Assembly: GCA_903842235.1 (NCBI GenBank)
Contig: CAIMLG010000278.1
Span: forward strand, 1 to 63,362
From: an uncultured Verrucomicrobia subdivision 3 bacterium
GTDB lineage: Bacteria; Verrucomicrobiota; Verrucomicrobiia; Limisphaerales; UBA11358
Direction of reading: 5' to 3'
DNA length: 63,362 nt
The notes under the pieces: generated by a model
The model's input: only the letters and a program-made list of their open reading frames with translations
Told to the model about the DNA's origin: nothing
Database searches by the model: none
Shown: positions 8,754-18,853 of the stretch, in pieces
Position numbering within the stretch: the first letter of the stretch is position 1
How the letters are laid out: each line of letters opens with the position of its first letter
Position numbers and translations under genes: made by a program

Positions 8754-9884
8754 ATGAATTCTTCGTATAAACCCGTGGTGGGGATATTGGTGGTGGTCGC
8801 CGTCAGTTCGCTGGTTGGCCTGTTATGCTACCGCCGTTACACCGGACTCAATCGCTGGCAATCGGCTTTGTTGGGCAACCTCGCCATACTGTTCCCGCTG
8901 GGGTGGTTAATTTATCTGGAAGGGCATCAAGGCCATCATGGCATCGGAACGGAAGATTACATCCGGACGAAAGTTGGGCCGGGAATGGTGGCATCGGTGC
9001 TGGGCTTTTCGCTGCTGCTGTTTCCTTTTGCGGTGCGCCTCGGTCGTAAGCTGTTTGGCAATCGTCTGACGGATGCGGAAAAACAGCCGGGTCTGGCTGG
9101 GGTGCGGGCCTGGCTCGCGCCGGGAAATCTCCTGTGCGCAACCTTGATTTCGCTGTTTGCCTGGCAGTGGCTTTCGCTTCCTCTGTTCGTCCTGTTGGCA
9201 GCGACCTATGGATTGGTGCTGGCGTATCCGCTTTACCATTTGGCGGTCGCGGTTGGGGCGGATTCCACCAGACGGACGGACAACTGCGTTCGCGAGCAGG
9301 AACAAGTGCAGCAGTTGTTGCTGGCTGGGAAAATTACCGAGGCCGAAAGAGTTAATCTGCTGAATGTCATGGGGTGCAGCGAACTGACCGAGGCACCAGT
9401 TCAAGGACTGCCACGTCGGCACCGGCGGATCTTGCTCGGCATTCTCAGTGTGGGGCTTGCCGTTCTGACGGGCTATGCCGGCTATGTCTATCAAGATGCA
9501 AAATATCGCCAACGAATTCATGTTTCGGCCAAGGCCAAACTGCAAAATTTCGGGAACATTGAGTTATCTGCCGGCGCCCCCCGGAATTTCGAGCTTGGGC
9601 CCGGAAAAAATGTGACGGTGATCGCCACGCCGGTAACCAACCAAAGTCTGTTGGCCAACCGGCCGGCTGCTTGGAGCAATGGCGTGCTTCAGATGACCTT
9701 GAGCTATACGTCCCGACTGGTCGCTGCCGAAGGCAAAGTTTCGGGGCTGAAGACCGAGCAACAAACCTGCATGTATCCGCAAAGCCGCCTGCTGGCAGTG
9801 GAGTTTGATCGAGAGACCCAATACCCGATCGCCGTTACCATGCGGCCCAAATTGATGTCGCAGCCGGGAGCTTCGGTTGATTAG
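8754..9884 (+). CDS. Membrane protein, tandem paralogue of 7552..8658 with a different C-terminus
   Basis: Shared YRRYTGL.RWQSALL, LTDAEK.PG.AGVRAWL..GN, LL.AGKI motifs. Confidence 0.8.
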   Translation: MNSSYKPVVGILVVVAVSSLVGLLCYRRYTGLNRWQSALLGNLAILFPLGWLIYLEGHQGHHGIGTEDYIRTKVGPGMVASVLGFSLLLFPFAVRLGRKLFGNRLTDAEKQPGLAGVRAWLAPGNLLCATLISLFAWQWLSLPLFVLLAATYGLVLAYPLYHLAVAVGADSTRRTDNCVREQEQVQQLLLAGKITEAERVNLLNVMGCSELTEAPVQGLPRRHRRILLGILSVGLAVLTGYAGYVYQDAKYRQRIHVSAKAKLQNFGNIELSAGAPRNFELGPGKNVTVIATPVTNQSLLANRPAAWSNGVLQMTLSYTSRLVAAEGKVSGLKTEQQTCMYPQSRLLAVEFDRETQYPIAVTMRPKLMSQPGASVD

Positions 9885-9915
9885 CCCGCTCAAGGAGCGG
9901 ACGCCGGGGAGGTGA

Positions 9916-10701
9916 TCAAATTTCGATCACGGTAATTTCCGGCCGGCAGTTGAACCGGAGATTCAGGTGAAACCAGCCGATGCCGGCTCCGACATACAGC
10001 GGCCCGGCGGGCGTTTGAAAAAATCCCAGATCGTAGCCTTCCACCCCCGTCGGCGTGACCACCGCGCCGAGGAACGGCAGGCGCACCTGGCCGCCGTGCG
10101 AATGGCCGGCCAGCAGCAAATCGCATTTCTGGTCGCCCAGATAATTGGCCCAGGCGGGATAGTGCATGAGCAGCAGGTTTTTCTTTGTGGCGTCCAGCGG
10201 CAGTTTGGCCTGCGCATCCCGGGCCGCAAACAAGCGCCCGCCGGTCAGGCCCATGAGATTGCTTTTGCCGTCCGGCGTGGGGCGATGTTCATTCAGCAGC
10301 CAATCACCGCCGGTGGCGCGGAAACATTCCCGCACCGGCCCAAACGGAATATTGCTCCAGTAGTCGTGATTGCCCGGCACGCCGAAGAGCGGCGCCTGAA
10401 TGCGCCTCAGCCATTCGAGCGCTTCGTCCAAGTATTGCGCCCGCTCCACAATGTCGCCGGTGAAACAAACGAAGTCCGGTTTGAGCGCGTTGATTTGCGC
10501 CACGACGGCTTGCAGATAGGCGCGGTCGCCTTTGTGGTGCAGGTCGGTGAAGTGAACGAACCGGTGCATGGCCGGCGCGGTGCCCACGCGCAGTTGGCGG
10601 ACTTTCAGCCAGGTCGGCTCGATGAATTTGGCTTCGGCAAACGCCACGGCGGGCGTGGCATAAAGCGCCAGCCGGAGGAAGTTGCGTCGGGTAAGTTTCA
10701 C
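9916..10701 (-). CDS. Calcineurin-like metallophosphoesterase (YkuE-like) with Tat-type signal
   Basis: TRRNFL; DLH, TGD, GNHD, GHSHGGQ. Confidence 0.9.
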   Translation of the reverse strand: MKLTRRNFLRLALYATPAVAFAEAKFIEPTWLKVRQLRVGTAPAMHRFVHFTDLHHKGDRAYLQAVVAQINALKPDFVCFTGDIVERAQYLDEALEWLRRIQAPLFGVPGNHDYWSNIPFGPVRECFRATGGDWLLNEHRPTPDGKSNLMGLTGGRLFAARDAQAKLPLDATKKNLLLMHYPAWANYLGDQKCDLLLAGHSHGGQVRLPFLGAVVTPTGVEGYDLGFFQTPAGPLYVGAGIGWFHLNLRFNCRPEITVIEI

Positions 10702-10721
10702 GGGCCTTCCGGTTCAGTGGC

Positions 10722-11300
10722 TTATTTGCTGCCCCGGATGCGCCGGGGCGGCGGGCCGAGTTGGATTCGCCGTTCCCGCTCATTCAGGCGCTCGAGGATG
10801 GCCGCGAGCATCTGCGGGTCGGCGGCTTTTTTCCGGATCATTTGCCGGCACAGCCGGCGCGCGCGAGGTGTTTTTCCATCGCGGATGAACTGGTTCAGGC
10901 GGTCCATCGGGTGCATTTCGATGGCGCGGTGGTCCGCCGTGTCGATCAGGGCCAGAAAGAGGCCGCCGAGGCCGCCGGTAATCCGATCCGCCCATAAAAT
11001 GGCCACCATCGTGGCGATGCCCACCGTCAGCAAACTGTCGCGGCCCATGCGCGTGAGATCCATAAAACCGTCGGCCCCCAGCAGGCTTTCGCGATGTACC
11101 TGGTGGTAAGCCCACCACAGAAACGCGAGGGTGGCGAGCAGTCGAAAGGTCTGAAACCAGCGATTCTGCGCCCAGTCTTCCAGTTGTTCGAAAGCCCGGC
11201 GCATTGTCCACCAAGCGGGTTTTATCACCTGGGCCAGCCAATCTTCTGAAGGCGGCGGCTCCGCGCTTTCTTTCGGATTCCGCTTGGGGGCTAAGCTCAT
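10722..11300 (-). CDS. Hypothetical membrane protein
   Basis: 192 aa, two hydrophobic segments, co-oriented between slyX and the phosphoesterase. Confidence 0.65.
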   Translation of the reverse strand: MSLAPKRNPKESAEPPPSEDWLAQVIKPAWWTMRRAFEQLEDWAQNRWFQTFRLLATLAFLWWAYHQVHRESLLGADGFMDLTRMGRDSLLTVGIATMVAILWADRITGGLGGLFLALIDTADHRAIEMHPMDRLNQFIRDGKTPRARRLCRQMIRKKAADPQMLAAILERLNERERRIQLGPPPRRIRGSK

Positions 11301-11332
11301 GGGGGTAAGGATACCGGCGCGTTGCTCGGCGG

Positions 11333-11545
11333 CTATTGGTAATGCGGCGGTTTTTGATTGTTGGCTTTGACGCTTTCCAGGTCCATCGTCTGCAGGGTGG
11401 TGGACTGGCGCTGAACTTCTTTTTTTAGACGCTCCAGCAGCCTGCCTTGTTCAATGACGACGCTGTTCAGTTGCTCGACCTGATGTTCGAGGTGCGCGAG
11501 GTTCGCCTCGATTTTATCCGTGCGCCGGGAATTTTCGTCTGCCAT
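11333..11545 (-). CDS. slyX: SlyX family protein
   Basis: 70-aa coiled coil (LAHLEHQVEQLNSVVIEQ) ending KPPHY. Confidence 0.88.
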   Translation of the reverse strand: MADENSRRTDKIEANLAHLEHQVEQLNSVVIEQGRLLERLKKEVQRQSTTLQTMDLESVKANNQKPPHYQ

Positions 11546-11614
11546 GAACAAAGTCTGCCCGCCGGTCGCCGCGAAGTCGAGCCGGCAGCGGGGCGGCAAA
11601 AACTCCGGCAGTGG

Positions 11615-11752
11615 AACCACCAAGGCGCCAAAGGCACCAAGCCCGGCCGGACAAAAAAATCATCGGCAGCCCTCGCCGATGGTTTTATTGGGTGGCAACT
11701 ATTCCCCAGCCTGAGAAACGTAAAATGGGGGTGCTGGTGGGGCCTAGTGGTT
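11615..11752. repeat. Degenerate REP-like doublet (AACCACCAAGG...TAGTGGTT)
   Basis: Imperfect inverted ends; same style as 22433-22495. Confidence 0.5.
11653..11686 (-). terminator. Probable intrinsic terminator downstream of the TolC-family gene
   Basis: Stem CATCGGC/GCCGATG with a T7 tract on the minus strand. Confidence 0.55.
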
Positions 11753-11785
11753 CATTTCCCCGGTGGGCGTTGCCGCCGTGCCGGC

Positions 11786-13123
11786 TTATTTTGCCGGCGC
11801 GAGGTCGGCGCCGATGGCGCGTTCCAGCCGGGCGCAGGCGGTCACGTAATCGTGCTGGGCCAGCAGTTGGGTGGTGCGGGCCTGGGTCAGCGCGGTTTCG
11901 GCGTTCAGCACATCCAATTGCGTGCCGCTGCCGGCTTGGGCGCGGGCGTTGGCTTCGCGCAAGGCTTCGTCGGCCTGCTCCTGCACTTTCAGCTGCGAGT
12001 CGAGGGTTTCCTGCGCCTGCAGGTAGTCGGAATAGACCGTGCGGACGGCCAGTTCAATCTGGCGTGACAGGTCGGTGAGTTCGGTCTGGGATTTTTCGTA
12101 AAGCGCCTTGGCCTGCTTCACCTTTCCGTAGGTGAGCGCGCCGTCAAAAATATTCCAGCTCAGCTGCGCGCCGCCGTTCCAGCCGTGAATGTCGTGCCCC
12201 AGCTCCACGGGCGCGGTGAACTGCGCGTTATACCAGCTGTAGCCGGCGAACACGGAAACGGTCGGTCGGCCGCCGGACTTCGCGCTGATGATATTCAGCC
12301 GCTGCAGCTCCATGTTTTTGCGCGACACCGTGAGTTCCGTGCGGCTGGCCAGCGCCTGCTGGATGGCGTCCGGCAGCTTGAGGGTCAAGGGCGTGGTGAC
12401 GAGCGTGTCGGTGAGATTCAGCGGCACATCTTCCCAGATGTCGCGCGGCAGATCGTAGCCGAGCAGGTTGGCCAGATTGTTTTTGGCAATGCGGTAGGCG
12501 TTGCGGGCGGCGATGAGGGCTGGGCGCTCATTGGCCACGGCGACTTCGGCGCGCAGCACGTTGAAATGCGGCACCGTGCCGGCGTCAAACCGGTGCTGCT
12601 GGTCTTCCAGTTCCTTCTGGAGCAATTTCACCGACGCCTCGCGCACGGTGATTTGCTGGGCGGCGAGCAGCACGTCGTAATACGCCAGCCGCACGGTCAG
12701 CAGCGTGTCGGCCACGGACGTCTGGTAAATGGCCAGCGCCTGCTCCTTCGTCGCCCCGGCGGCGCGGACGGCGGCGATCATGCGGCCACCCATGAACACA
12801 TTCTGCACCAGCTGAATGCCGGAATTCCAATTCCGGTTGGGCTGGGACGGCCCAAAGGATTCGATGGCGTCCGCCTGGGTGTATTTGAACTGGCCGGCCG
12901 CCTGCAACTGCGGCAGCGCCACCGCGCGCGTCTGCACTACGATGCCGTGGGCGGCTTCGAGGTCGTTCTGGGCCTTGAGAATCGCGGCGTTTTGCGCCAG
13001 CGCGGTGTTGAGCGCATCCGCCAGGGACAGCGGGCGGGTCAGCCATGCCGTCGTGTTGGTGGGGGCGGCGGTCGTCGCCAGGGTAAAGCCGAGGAACAGC
13101 GAGAGCAGCGTCAGTTTTTTCAT
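11786..13123 (-). CDS. TolC-family outer membrane efflux protein
   Basis: Signal peptide; LSLADAL..AL; two OEP repeats; GSGTQLDVLNAE. Confidence 0.9.
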   Translation of the reverse strand: MKKLTLLSLFLGFTLATTAAPTNTTAWLTRPLSLADALNTALAQNAAILKAQNDLEAAHGIVVQTRAVALPQLQAAGQFKYTQADAIESFGPSQPNRNWNSGIQLVQNVFMGGRMIAAVRAAGATKEQALAIYQTSVADTLLTVRLAYYDVLLAAQQITVREASVKLLQKELEDQQHRFDAGTVPHFNVLRAEVAVANERPALIAARNAYRIAKNNLANLLGYDLPRDIWEDVPLNLTDTLVTTPLTLKLPDAIQQALASRTELTVSRKNMELQRLNIISAKSGGRPTVSVFAGYSWYNAQFTAPVELGHDIHGWNGGAQLSWNIFDGALTYGKVKQAKALYEKSQTELTDLSRQIELAVRTVYSDYLQAQETLDSQLKVQEQADEALREANARAQAGSGTQLDVLNAETALTQARTTQLLAQHDYVTACARLERAIGADLAPAK

Positions 13124-13186
13124 AACAACGCGGCCATCCTACCATTCGGTAGGATAAAAGTCGAACAATCGTTTTTGCCGATGAAG

Positions 13187-13260
13187 CGGAGCGCCGAGCC
13201 CCGTCTCGGCAGGCTGGCATCCATGCTCATTTCAGGGCCGGGGCGGTGCCCGGCGTTCCG
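13187..13260. repeat. Intergenic REP-like doublet
   Basis: CGGAGCGCCG...CGGCGTTCCG ends with internal GCCGAG/CTCGGC hairpin. Confidence 0.6.
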
Positions 13261-13324
13261 GATGATGTCGCCATCGTTTCGCTCGTAAAATTTTTCCGCC
13301 GTGCTAATGTCGGGCCACGGTCGC

Positions 13325-14281
13325 ATGAAAAAATTCCTATCCGTCCTTCTTGCCGTGTCCGCCGCCGCGCTGCTCCCCGGCTGTGGCCAAAATCCCGTCG
13401 GCTCGTTCCAAGGCTATGTCGAGGGCGAATATGTTTATGTCGCCGCGCCGTTGGGCGGCGCGCTCACCCAGCTGGCCGTGGCGCGGGGCGATGCCGTCCA
13501 AGCCGGGCAAATTCTGTTTGAACTCGAACGGCAGGCGGAAGCTGCCGCCTTGGCGCAGGCAGAAATGAGTTTGGCCCAAGCTCAGGCCCAACTGGACGAT
13601 TTGACGAAAGGCCGGCGGCCCACGGAAATCGCGTCGCTGGAGGCGCAGTTGGCGCAGGCGCAGGCCGGTTTGAAACTCTCGGCCGCCACGCTGGCCCGGC
13701 AGGAAAAGCTCAGCGGTTCGGACGTGGTTTCCCCGGAGGATCTGGATCAGGCCCGCGCGCAAAATGACGCCAATCAGGCGCAGGTGAACCGGCTGGCCGC
13801 CGATCTGGCTACCGCTAGGCTCGGCGGGCGCGCGGACGCTATCCGCGCCGCGCAGGCCGCCGTGGCCGCGCAAGAAGCCGCGCGGGACAAGGCGCAGTGG
13901 GCGTTTGACCAGAAACGGCAAGTTGCGCCCACGGCGGCGCAGGTGCATGACACGCTTTACCGGGCGGGCGAACTGGTGGCGGCGGGCAACCCCGTGGTGG
14001 CGCTGCTGCCGCCGGAAAATTTGAAGGTGCGCTTCTTTGTGCCGCAGGAAAAATTGCCGCAAATCAAGGGGGGCCAGACCATTTCCGTGCAGGCCGACGG
14101 CGCGACCCACGCGTTCAGCGCCACGGTGAATTATCTTTCCACGAAGGCCGAATACACGCCGCCGGTGATCTACAGCCGCGAAACGCGGGCCGAGCTGGTG
14201 TTTATGATCGAGGCGAAGTTTGCTCCGGCCGACGCGGCGGAGCTGCGGCCGGGCCAGCCGGTGGATGTGAAAGTTCAATAG
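13325..14281 (+). CDS. HlyD-family periplasmic adaptor (YbhG-like), lipoprotein
   Basis: LPGC lipobox; QGYVEGE; coiled coil; AEYTPPVIYS; LRPGQPVDV. Confidence 0.9.
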   Translation: MKKFLSVLLAVSAAALLPGCGQNPVGSFQGYVEGEYVYVAAPLGGALTQLAVARGDAVQAGQILFELERQAEAAALAQAEMSLAQAQAQLDDLTKGRRPTEIASLEAQLAQAQAGLKLSAATLARQEKLSGSDVVSPEDLDQARAQNDANQAQVNRLAADLATARLGGRADAIRAAQAAVAAQEAARDKAQWAFDQKRQVAPTAAQVHDTLYRAGELVAAGNPVVALLPPENLKVRFFVPQEKLPQIKGGQTISVQADGATHAFSATVNYLSTKAEYTPPVIYSRETRAELVFMIEAKFAPADAAELRPGQPVDVKVQ

Positions 14282-14290
14282 TTTTCGCCG

Positions 14291-15034
14291 ATGAAAAAGC
14301 CCTGCAAGATGGCAATGGCCTTCACGCTGGTTGAATTGCTGGTGGTGATCGCCATCATCGGAATTTTGGCGGCCTTGCTGCTGCCAGCCCTGCAACGTTC
14401 CAAACTCGCGGCCCAGCGTTCGGTTTGCATCAATAATCTGAATCAGGTCGGGCTGGCCGTGAAAATGTATGTCAGCGACCACAACGATTCCTTGCCAGCG
14501 GCAAGCAAGCCGCCCGCTGATTATTGGCAGACCAATGGCATTGACATCTGGAACGTCTATAAATCGTTGGTCAAAAACTATGTGGGATTAAGAGGTCCGT
14601 CCGCTCCGGACGACCGGATTTTCGCCTGTCCCGCAGACCAGTTCTTTTACACCGGAATTGGTAACAGCTTTTCCAACACGCCGCTACACGAGCTGGCGCG
14701 CTCGGATTTTTCTAGTTACGATTACAACACCGGGAATTTGCGAACCAACCGTGCGGGATCCTTGTTTCCCGGGGTCGCGGGATTAAAGGAAACGGCCATT
14801 TCCGAGCCGGGCAAAACCGTTCTGGTCGGCGAAATGCCCGCCTGGATTTCATTTTCTTGGCACGCCCGGCAATCCGCGCTGCAGTTTAACAAAGCCATGA
14901 ATCAATTAACTTTTGTGGACGGCCATGTTGGATACGTTCAGATTTATTGGGACGTTTCAAAAACCAGAAATTTAAGCGCTTCGTTGTGTTACGATCCGCC
15001 GGCCGGTTACGAATACAAATGGAGCGGTCGTTAA
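14291..15034 (+). CDS. Prepilin-type N-terminal methylation / DUF1559-like protein with DG-H C-terminal motif
   Basis: [25 protein letters not shown]; C.NNL.Q; FACPAD; N..FVDGHV. Confidence 0.88.
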   Translation: MKKPCKMAMAFTLVELLVVIAIIGILAALLLPALQRSKLAAQRSVCINNLNQVGLAVKMYVSDHNDSLPAASKPPADYWQTNGIDIWNVYKSLVKNYVGLRGPSAPDDRIFACPADQFFYTGIGNSFSNTPLHELARSDFSSYDYNTGNLRTNRAGSLFPGVAGLKETAISEPGKTVLVGEMPAWISFSWHARQSALQFNKAMNQLTFVDGHVGYVQIYWDVSKTRNLSASLCYDPPAGYEYKWSGR

Positions 15035-15972
15035 TGAAAACCTCAACGAGCGCTTCGGCCTTCGCCATTGACGTGCGCGGCGTCACGAAGAAATTCGGCC
15101 ACCGCACGGTGGTTAACGACCTCTGCATGCAGGTGCGGCCCGGCGAGATTTACGGTTTCCTCGGCCCGAACGGCAGCGGCAAGACGACGTTTCTGCGGAT
15201 GCTCTGCGGCTTGCTCCAGCCGGACGCCGGCGAGGGCAGTTGCCTTGGTCTCGATTTCCGCCGCGAATCGGCCGAGATTAAAAAGCGCGTCGGCTACATG
15301 ACGCAGAAATTTTCCTTCTATGAGGATCTGACCATCGAGGAAAACCTGGATTTCATCGCGCGGCTTTACGGGATGGCCCGGCGCAAAGCCGCCGTGGAAA
15401 AAAGCCTGGCGCGCCTCGGCATGCTCGAGCGGCGCACGCAACTGGCCGGCACGCTTTCCGGCGGCTGGAAGCAGCGGCTCGCGCTGGCCGCGTGTTTGAT
15501 CCACGAGCCGCAACTGCTCCTGCTCGACGAGCCGACCGCTGGCGTGGACCCGAAGGCGCGGCGCGATTTCTGGGAGGAGATTCACCAGCTGGCGGCGGCC
15601 GGCCTGACGTTTCTCATCACCACGCATTACATGGACGAGGCGTCGCGCTGCCACCGGCTGGCCTACATCGCCTATGGCCATTTGCTGGCGCGCGGCACGG
15701 TGGCTGAAGTGGTGCAAGCCGGCGGCCTGACCACTTGGGAAGTGGCCGGGGAAAACCTGGCGGCCCTGGCGGGAAAACTCCGCCGCTTGTCGGGCGTTGA
15801 ACAGGTGGTGGCCTTCGGCACCGCCCTGCACGTCAGCGGGCGCGACGCGGAGAAACTGCGCGCCGCCATCACGCCCTTCCTGGCCAGCGGCCAGCGCTGG
15901 ACGCAAATTGAATCGGGCTTGGAAGATGTGTTCATCAGCCTGATGGAAACCACGCCGGACAATTTCTCGTGA
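15034..15972 (+). CDS. ABC transporter ATP-binding protein (YbhF-like)
   Basis: GPNGSGKTT, LSGG, LLDEPT; TAATG overlap with upstream gene. Confidence 0.93.
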   Translation: MKTSTSASAFAIDVRGVTKKFGHRTVVNDLCMQVRPGEIYGFLGPNGSGKTTFLRMLCGLLQPDAGEGSCLGLDFRRESAEIKKRVGYMTQKFSFYEDLTIEENLDFIARLYGMARRKAAVEKSLARLGMLERRTQLAGTLSGGWKQRLALAACLIHEPQLLLLDEPTAGVDPKARRDFWEEIHQLAAAGLTFLITTHYMDEASRCHRLAYIAYGHLLARGTVAEVVQAGGLTTWEVAGENLAALAGKLRRLSGVEQVVAFGTALHVSGRDAEKLRAAITPFLASGQRWTQIESGLEDVFISLMETTPDNFS

Positions 15973-17108
15973 ACCGCCCCGCTTTTAGCTTCCAGCGTTT
16001 TTTCGCCATCGTGCTGAAGGAGTTCATCCAGATGCGGCGCGACCGGGTGACGTTTGCCATGATGATCGGCATCCCGATGGTCCAGCTCATCCTTTTCGGC
16101 TACGCCATCAATTCGAATCCCAAGCACCTGCCCACGGCGGTGTATGCGGCGGACAATAGCCCCTTCTCGCGCACCATCGTCTGGGCGCTGCGCAACAGCA
16201 GCTACTTCGACCTCACCCGCGAGGCGCACAGCGCGGCAGAAATCAAAACCCTGCTGGCGGAAGGTAAAGTTCAATTTGCCGTGACCGTGCCGGTGGATTT
16301 TTCCCGCCAACTGTTGCGCGGCGAAAAACCCGATTTGCTGCTGGAGGCCGACGCCACCGACCCGTCCGCCGTCGGTTTCGCGCAGGCGGCCGTGAGTCAA
16401 CTCGCGACGACCGTGATCAACCGTGACCTCACCGGGCCGCTGGCGCGGTTGCGCGCTTCGGCGCCGCCGTTCAACCTGCTCACGCACCAGCATTACAATC
16501 CCGAGAGCATCAGCCAATACAACATCGTGCCCGGCCTCATTGGCGTGATGCTGACGATGACCATGATCATCATCACCGGCCTCGCCATCACGCGCGAGCG
16601 CGAGCGCGGCACCATGGAAAATTTGTTGTCCACCCCCGTGCATCCCGGCGAAGTCATCGTCGGCAAAATTGTGCCCTACATCCTGGTGGGCTATGTGCAG
16701 ATGACGCTGGTCTTGCTGGCGGCCAAATTCCTGTTCAATGTGCCGTTCATTGGCAGCGTGCCGCTGCTGGTGGGGCTGACGTTCCTGTTTATTGTGGCGA
16801 ATCTCGCGGTGGGCATCACCTTTTCCACGCTGGCCAAAAACCAGTTGCAGGCGGTGCAGATGGCCTTTTTCTTCTTCCTGCCGTCGCTGCTGCTTTCCGG
16901 CTACATGTTTCCGTTTCGCGGCATGCCCGGCTGGGCGCAGGCCATTGGCGAATGCCTGCCGCTCACGCATTTTCTGCGGATCGTCCGCGGCATTCTCCTC
17001 AAGGGCAACGGCCTTGGCGAATGTGCGCCGGACCTGTGGCCCATCGCGCTGTTCGTGGCCGTGATGCTGGCCATCGCGGTGAAACGCTACCGGCAGACTC
17101 TGGATTAA
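15969..17108 (+). CDS. ABC-2 type permease (YbhR/S-like)
   Basis: KEFIQMRRD, RERERGTMENLL, PLTHF. Confidence 0.92.
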   Translation: MNRPAFSFQRFFAIVLKEFIQMRRDRVTFAMMIGIPMVQLILFGYAINSNPKHLPTAVYAADNSPFSRTIVWALRNSSYFDLTREAHSAAEIKTLLAEGKVQFAVTVPVDFSRQLLRGEKPDLLLEADATDPSAVGFAQAAVSQLATTVINRDLTGPLARLRASAPPFNLLTHQHYNPESISQYNIVPGLIGVMLTMTMIIITGLAITRERERGTMENLLSTPVHPGEVIVGKIVPYILVGYVQMTLVLLAAKFLFNVPFIGSVPLLVGLTFLFIVANLAVGITFSTLAKNQLQAVQMAFFFFLPSLLLSGYMFPFRGMPGWAQAIGECLPLTHFLRIVRGILLKGNGLGECAPDLWPIALFVAVMLAIAVKRYRQTLD

Positions 17109-17168
17109 AAAACGCCGGGCCGGGTTGGACAGCCCTTGACCGGTCTGATAAAAATCTAATCCACATAG

Positions 17169-17990
17169 ATGAGTGACGAGCGCAAACCGTTTACCGAGCA
17201 TGTAACCCGGGCGAACCGCAGTCGCGGATTGGAAAATCCGCGGCTGGGCTGGATTGCGGCGGGCGGGGTCGCTGGTTTGGCGATTCTCTTTCTGGTGCTC
17301 TGGGCCCGGGCGCTGGACCGGCAGCATGCTTTGGAATCGCTTTCGGGCAAGCTGGCGGCGGCCAATGCCCAGCTCGCCGCCGCCCAGGCGGAAAATGAGA
17401 AAAACCGGGATTTGCTCGCCACGCTCCAAACCAAGGTGGCCGATTTGGAATCGGAAAAAGCCATGGCGGCGCAGCTGGCCCGGGGGCTGGAGGACGAGAT
17501 GCGCGCGGACTTGGAATCCAAGGATGTCACCATTTCCAAACTGCAGGGCAAGCTGACGGTGAATATTCTCGACCGGATTATGTATAATTCCGGTGAGGCG
17601 ATTTTGCAGCCGGGCGGGGAAGCGGTGATGCTGAAAATTGCAGCCCTTCTCGCTCAGCACCCCGAACTCAAGATTCATGTGATTGGCCACACGGACAATG
17701 TGCCGATTCGCAGCCGGTTCGCGAGCAACTGGGAATTGTCCATGGCGCGCGCGCTGGCGGCCGTGCATTTTCTGACCGAAAAGGCCGGCGTGGATCCGCG
17801 CCGCGCGGGGGCCGTGGGTTATGGCGAATACCGGCCCATCGCCGATAATGCCACCCCGGAGGGCCGCGCGCGGAATCGGCGGATCGCCATCACGATTCTG
17901 CCGGAGGAACTGGCCGGGGCCGACACGGTGCCAACGGCAAAACCTGTCGCGCCCCCGGTTCCGACGCCCGTGGCAGTTCGGCCACCGTAA
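17169..17990 (+). CDS. OmpA/MotB-family peptidoglycan-binding membrane protein
   Basis: N-terminal TM, coiled coil, GHTDNVP, NWELS..RA, RNRRI. Confidence 0.88.
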   Translation: MSDERKPFTEHVTRANRSRGLENPRLGWIAAGGVAGLAILFLVLWARALDRQHALESLSGKLAAANAQLAAAQAENEKNRDLLATLQTKVADLESEKAMAAQLARGLEDEMRADLESKDVTISKLQGKLTVNILDRIMYNSGEAILQPGGEAVMLKIAALLAQHPELKIHVIGHTDNVPIRSRFASNWELSMARALAAVHFLTEKAGVDPRRAGAVGYGEYRPIADNATPEGRARNRRIAITILPEELAGADTVPTAKPVAPPVPTPVAVRPP

Positions 17991-18008
17991 GGGCGGTTCG
18001 GGGCGACG

Positions 18009-18458
18009 TCAGCCCGGAACCGGGGCGGAATGAGTTTCCCGCCATTGTTGGCCGAGGGCCAGCAGCGTCTCGGGGGCGAGCGTTTTTTCCAACACGGGGA
18101 AGATGAGGTTTTCCTCGCGCCGGAAATGCTTGCGGGTGGCCCCCAGCGCCTTTTGCAGCAGGCGCCCGGCTTCCGCCGGATCCGTGGTGCGCTGGATCCG
18201 CTCGAAGTGAGCGTCAATTTCGTGATGATCCTGATGCAGCAGGTCCACGGTTCCCCGGTCGGCCAGGGTGTGGTCGAGCGCCACATAGGCCAGATTGGTC
18301 TCGGTCTCGGCATGGCCCTTTAACAAGCCTTCCACCAGGGTCGCCATCAGTTTCACTTCGGCAAGGGAAGCCGTGCGGGTTAAAATCCGTTCGATCTGAT
18401 CGAAAACTTCGCCGTAAATGGCGTGTTCCAAAGCGAGGGCGCGCGTGATGGTCTCCAT
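18009..18458 (-). CDS. Hemerythrin/HHE domain protein
   Basis: EH, H...E, DHHEI, HFRREE..IFP. Confidence 0.8.
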   Translation of the reverse strand: METITRALALEHAIYGEVFDQIERILTRTASLAEVKLMATLVEGLLKGHAETETNLAYVALDHTLADRGTVDLLHQDHHEIDAHFERIQRTTDPAEAGRLLQKALGATRKHFRREENLIFPVLEKTLAPETLLALGQQWRETHSAPVPG

Positions 18459-18853
18459 ACCCTCTACCCATGACACACTTGGCGGGGTGGCGCAAGCGGG
18501 GCAATTCGGTTTTTCGCCCCGGCGGAGTGGTGCGGAAAGCTAAACCGCCGGGCCAAAGTTTAACCAACCGTTGCGCCGGTGCCCGGCGCGGCTGCCGCCG
18601 CCGCTATCCCTCGCCCGCAGGAGGCTGCCCTTCGCCCGCGGGAGGGGGAGACTTGAGTTGCTTGGGAAGCGACAAAAGAAATTTGCTGTCAGGCGAAGGC
18701 CCGCTGCGGGCCGAACGAGCGGGCGCGAGTGAGTCCACTGGCCGCCGGCCGGTTGAGGCAAGTCGGGAAAAAACAAACTATTGCGGAGCGGGTGGCGCTT
18801 TCTGCCGAGGTTCATGGGGACAAAGGTGAGGGCGGTGGTTAAACCCTTTAAAT

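Noticed and set aside
15672-17768. 698-aa minus-strand ORF and similar long antisense ORFs (5656..7062, 29045..30520, 32222..33733)
   Set aside because: Shadows of well-supported genes on the opposite strand, expected with high GC3; no recognisable motifs
18510-18565. Hairpin CCCGGCGG...CCGCCGGG with GGAAA as a possible riboswitch upstream of the hemerythrin gene
   Set aside because: Could not match the two-stem consensus of c-di-GMP or other riboswitches by eye; an Rfam search would be needed
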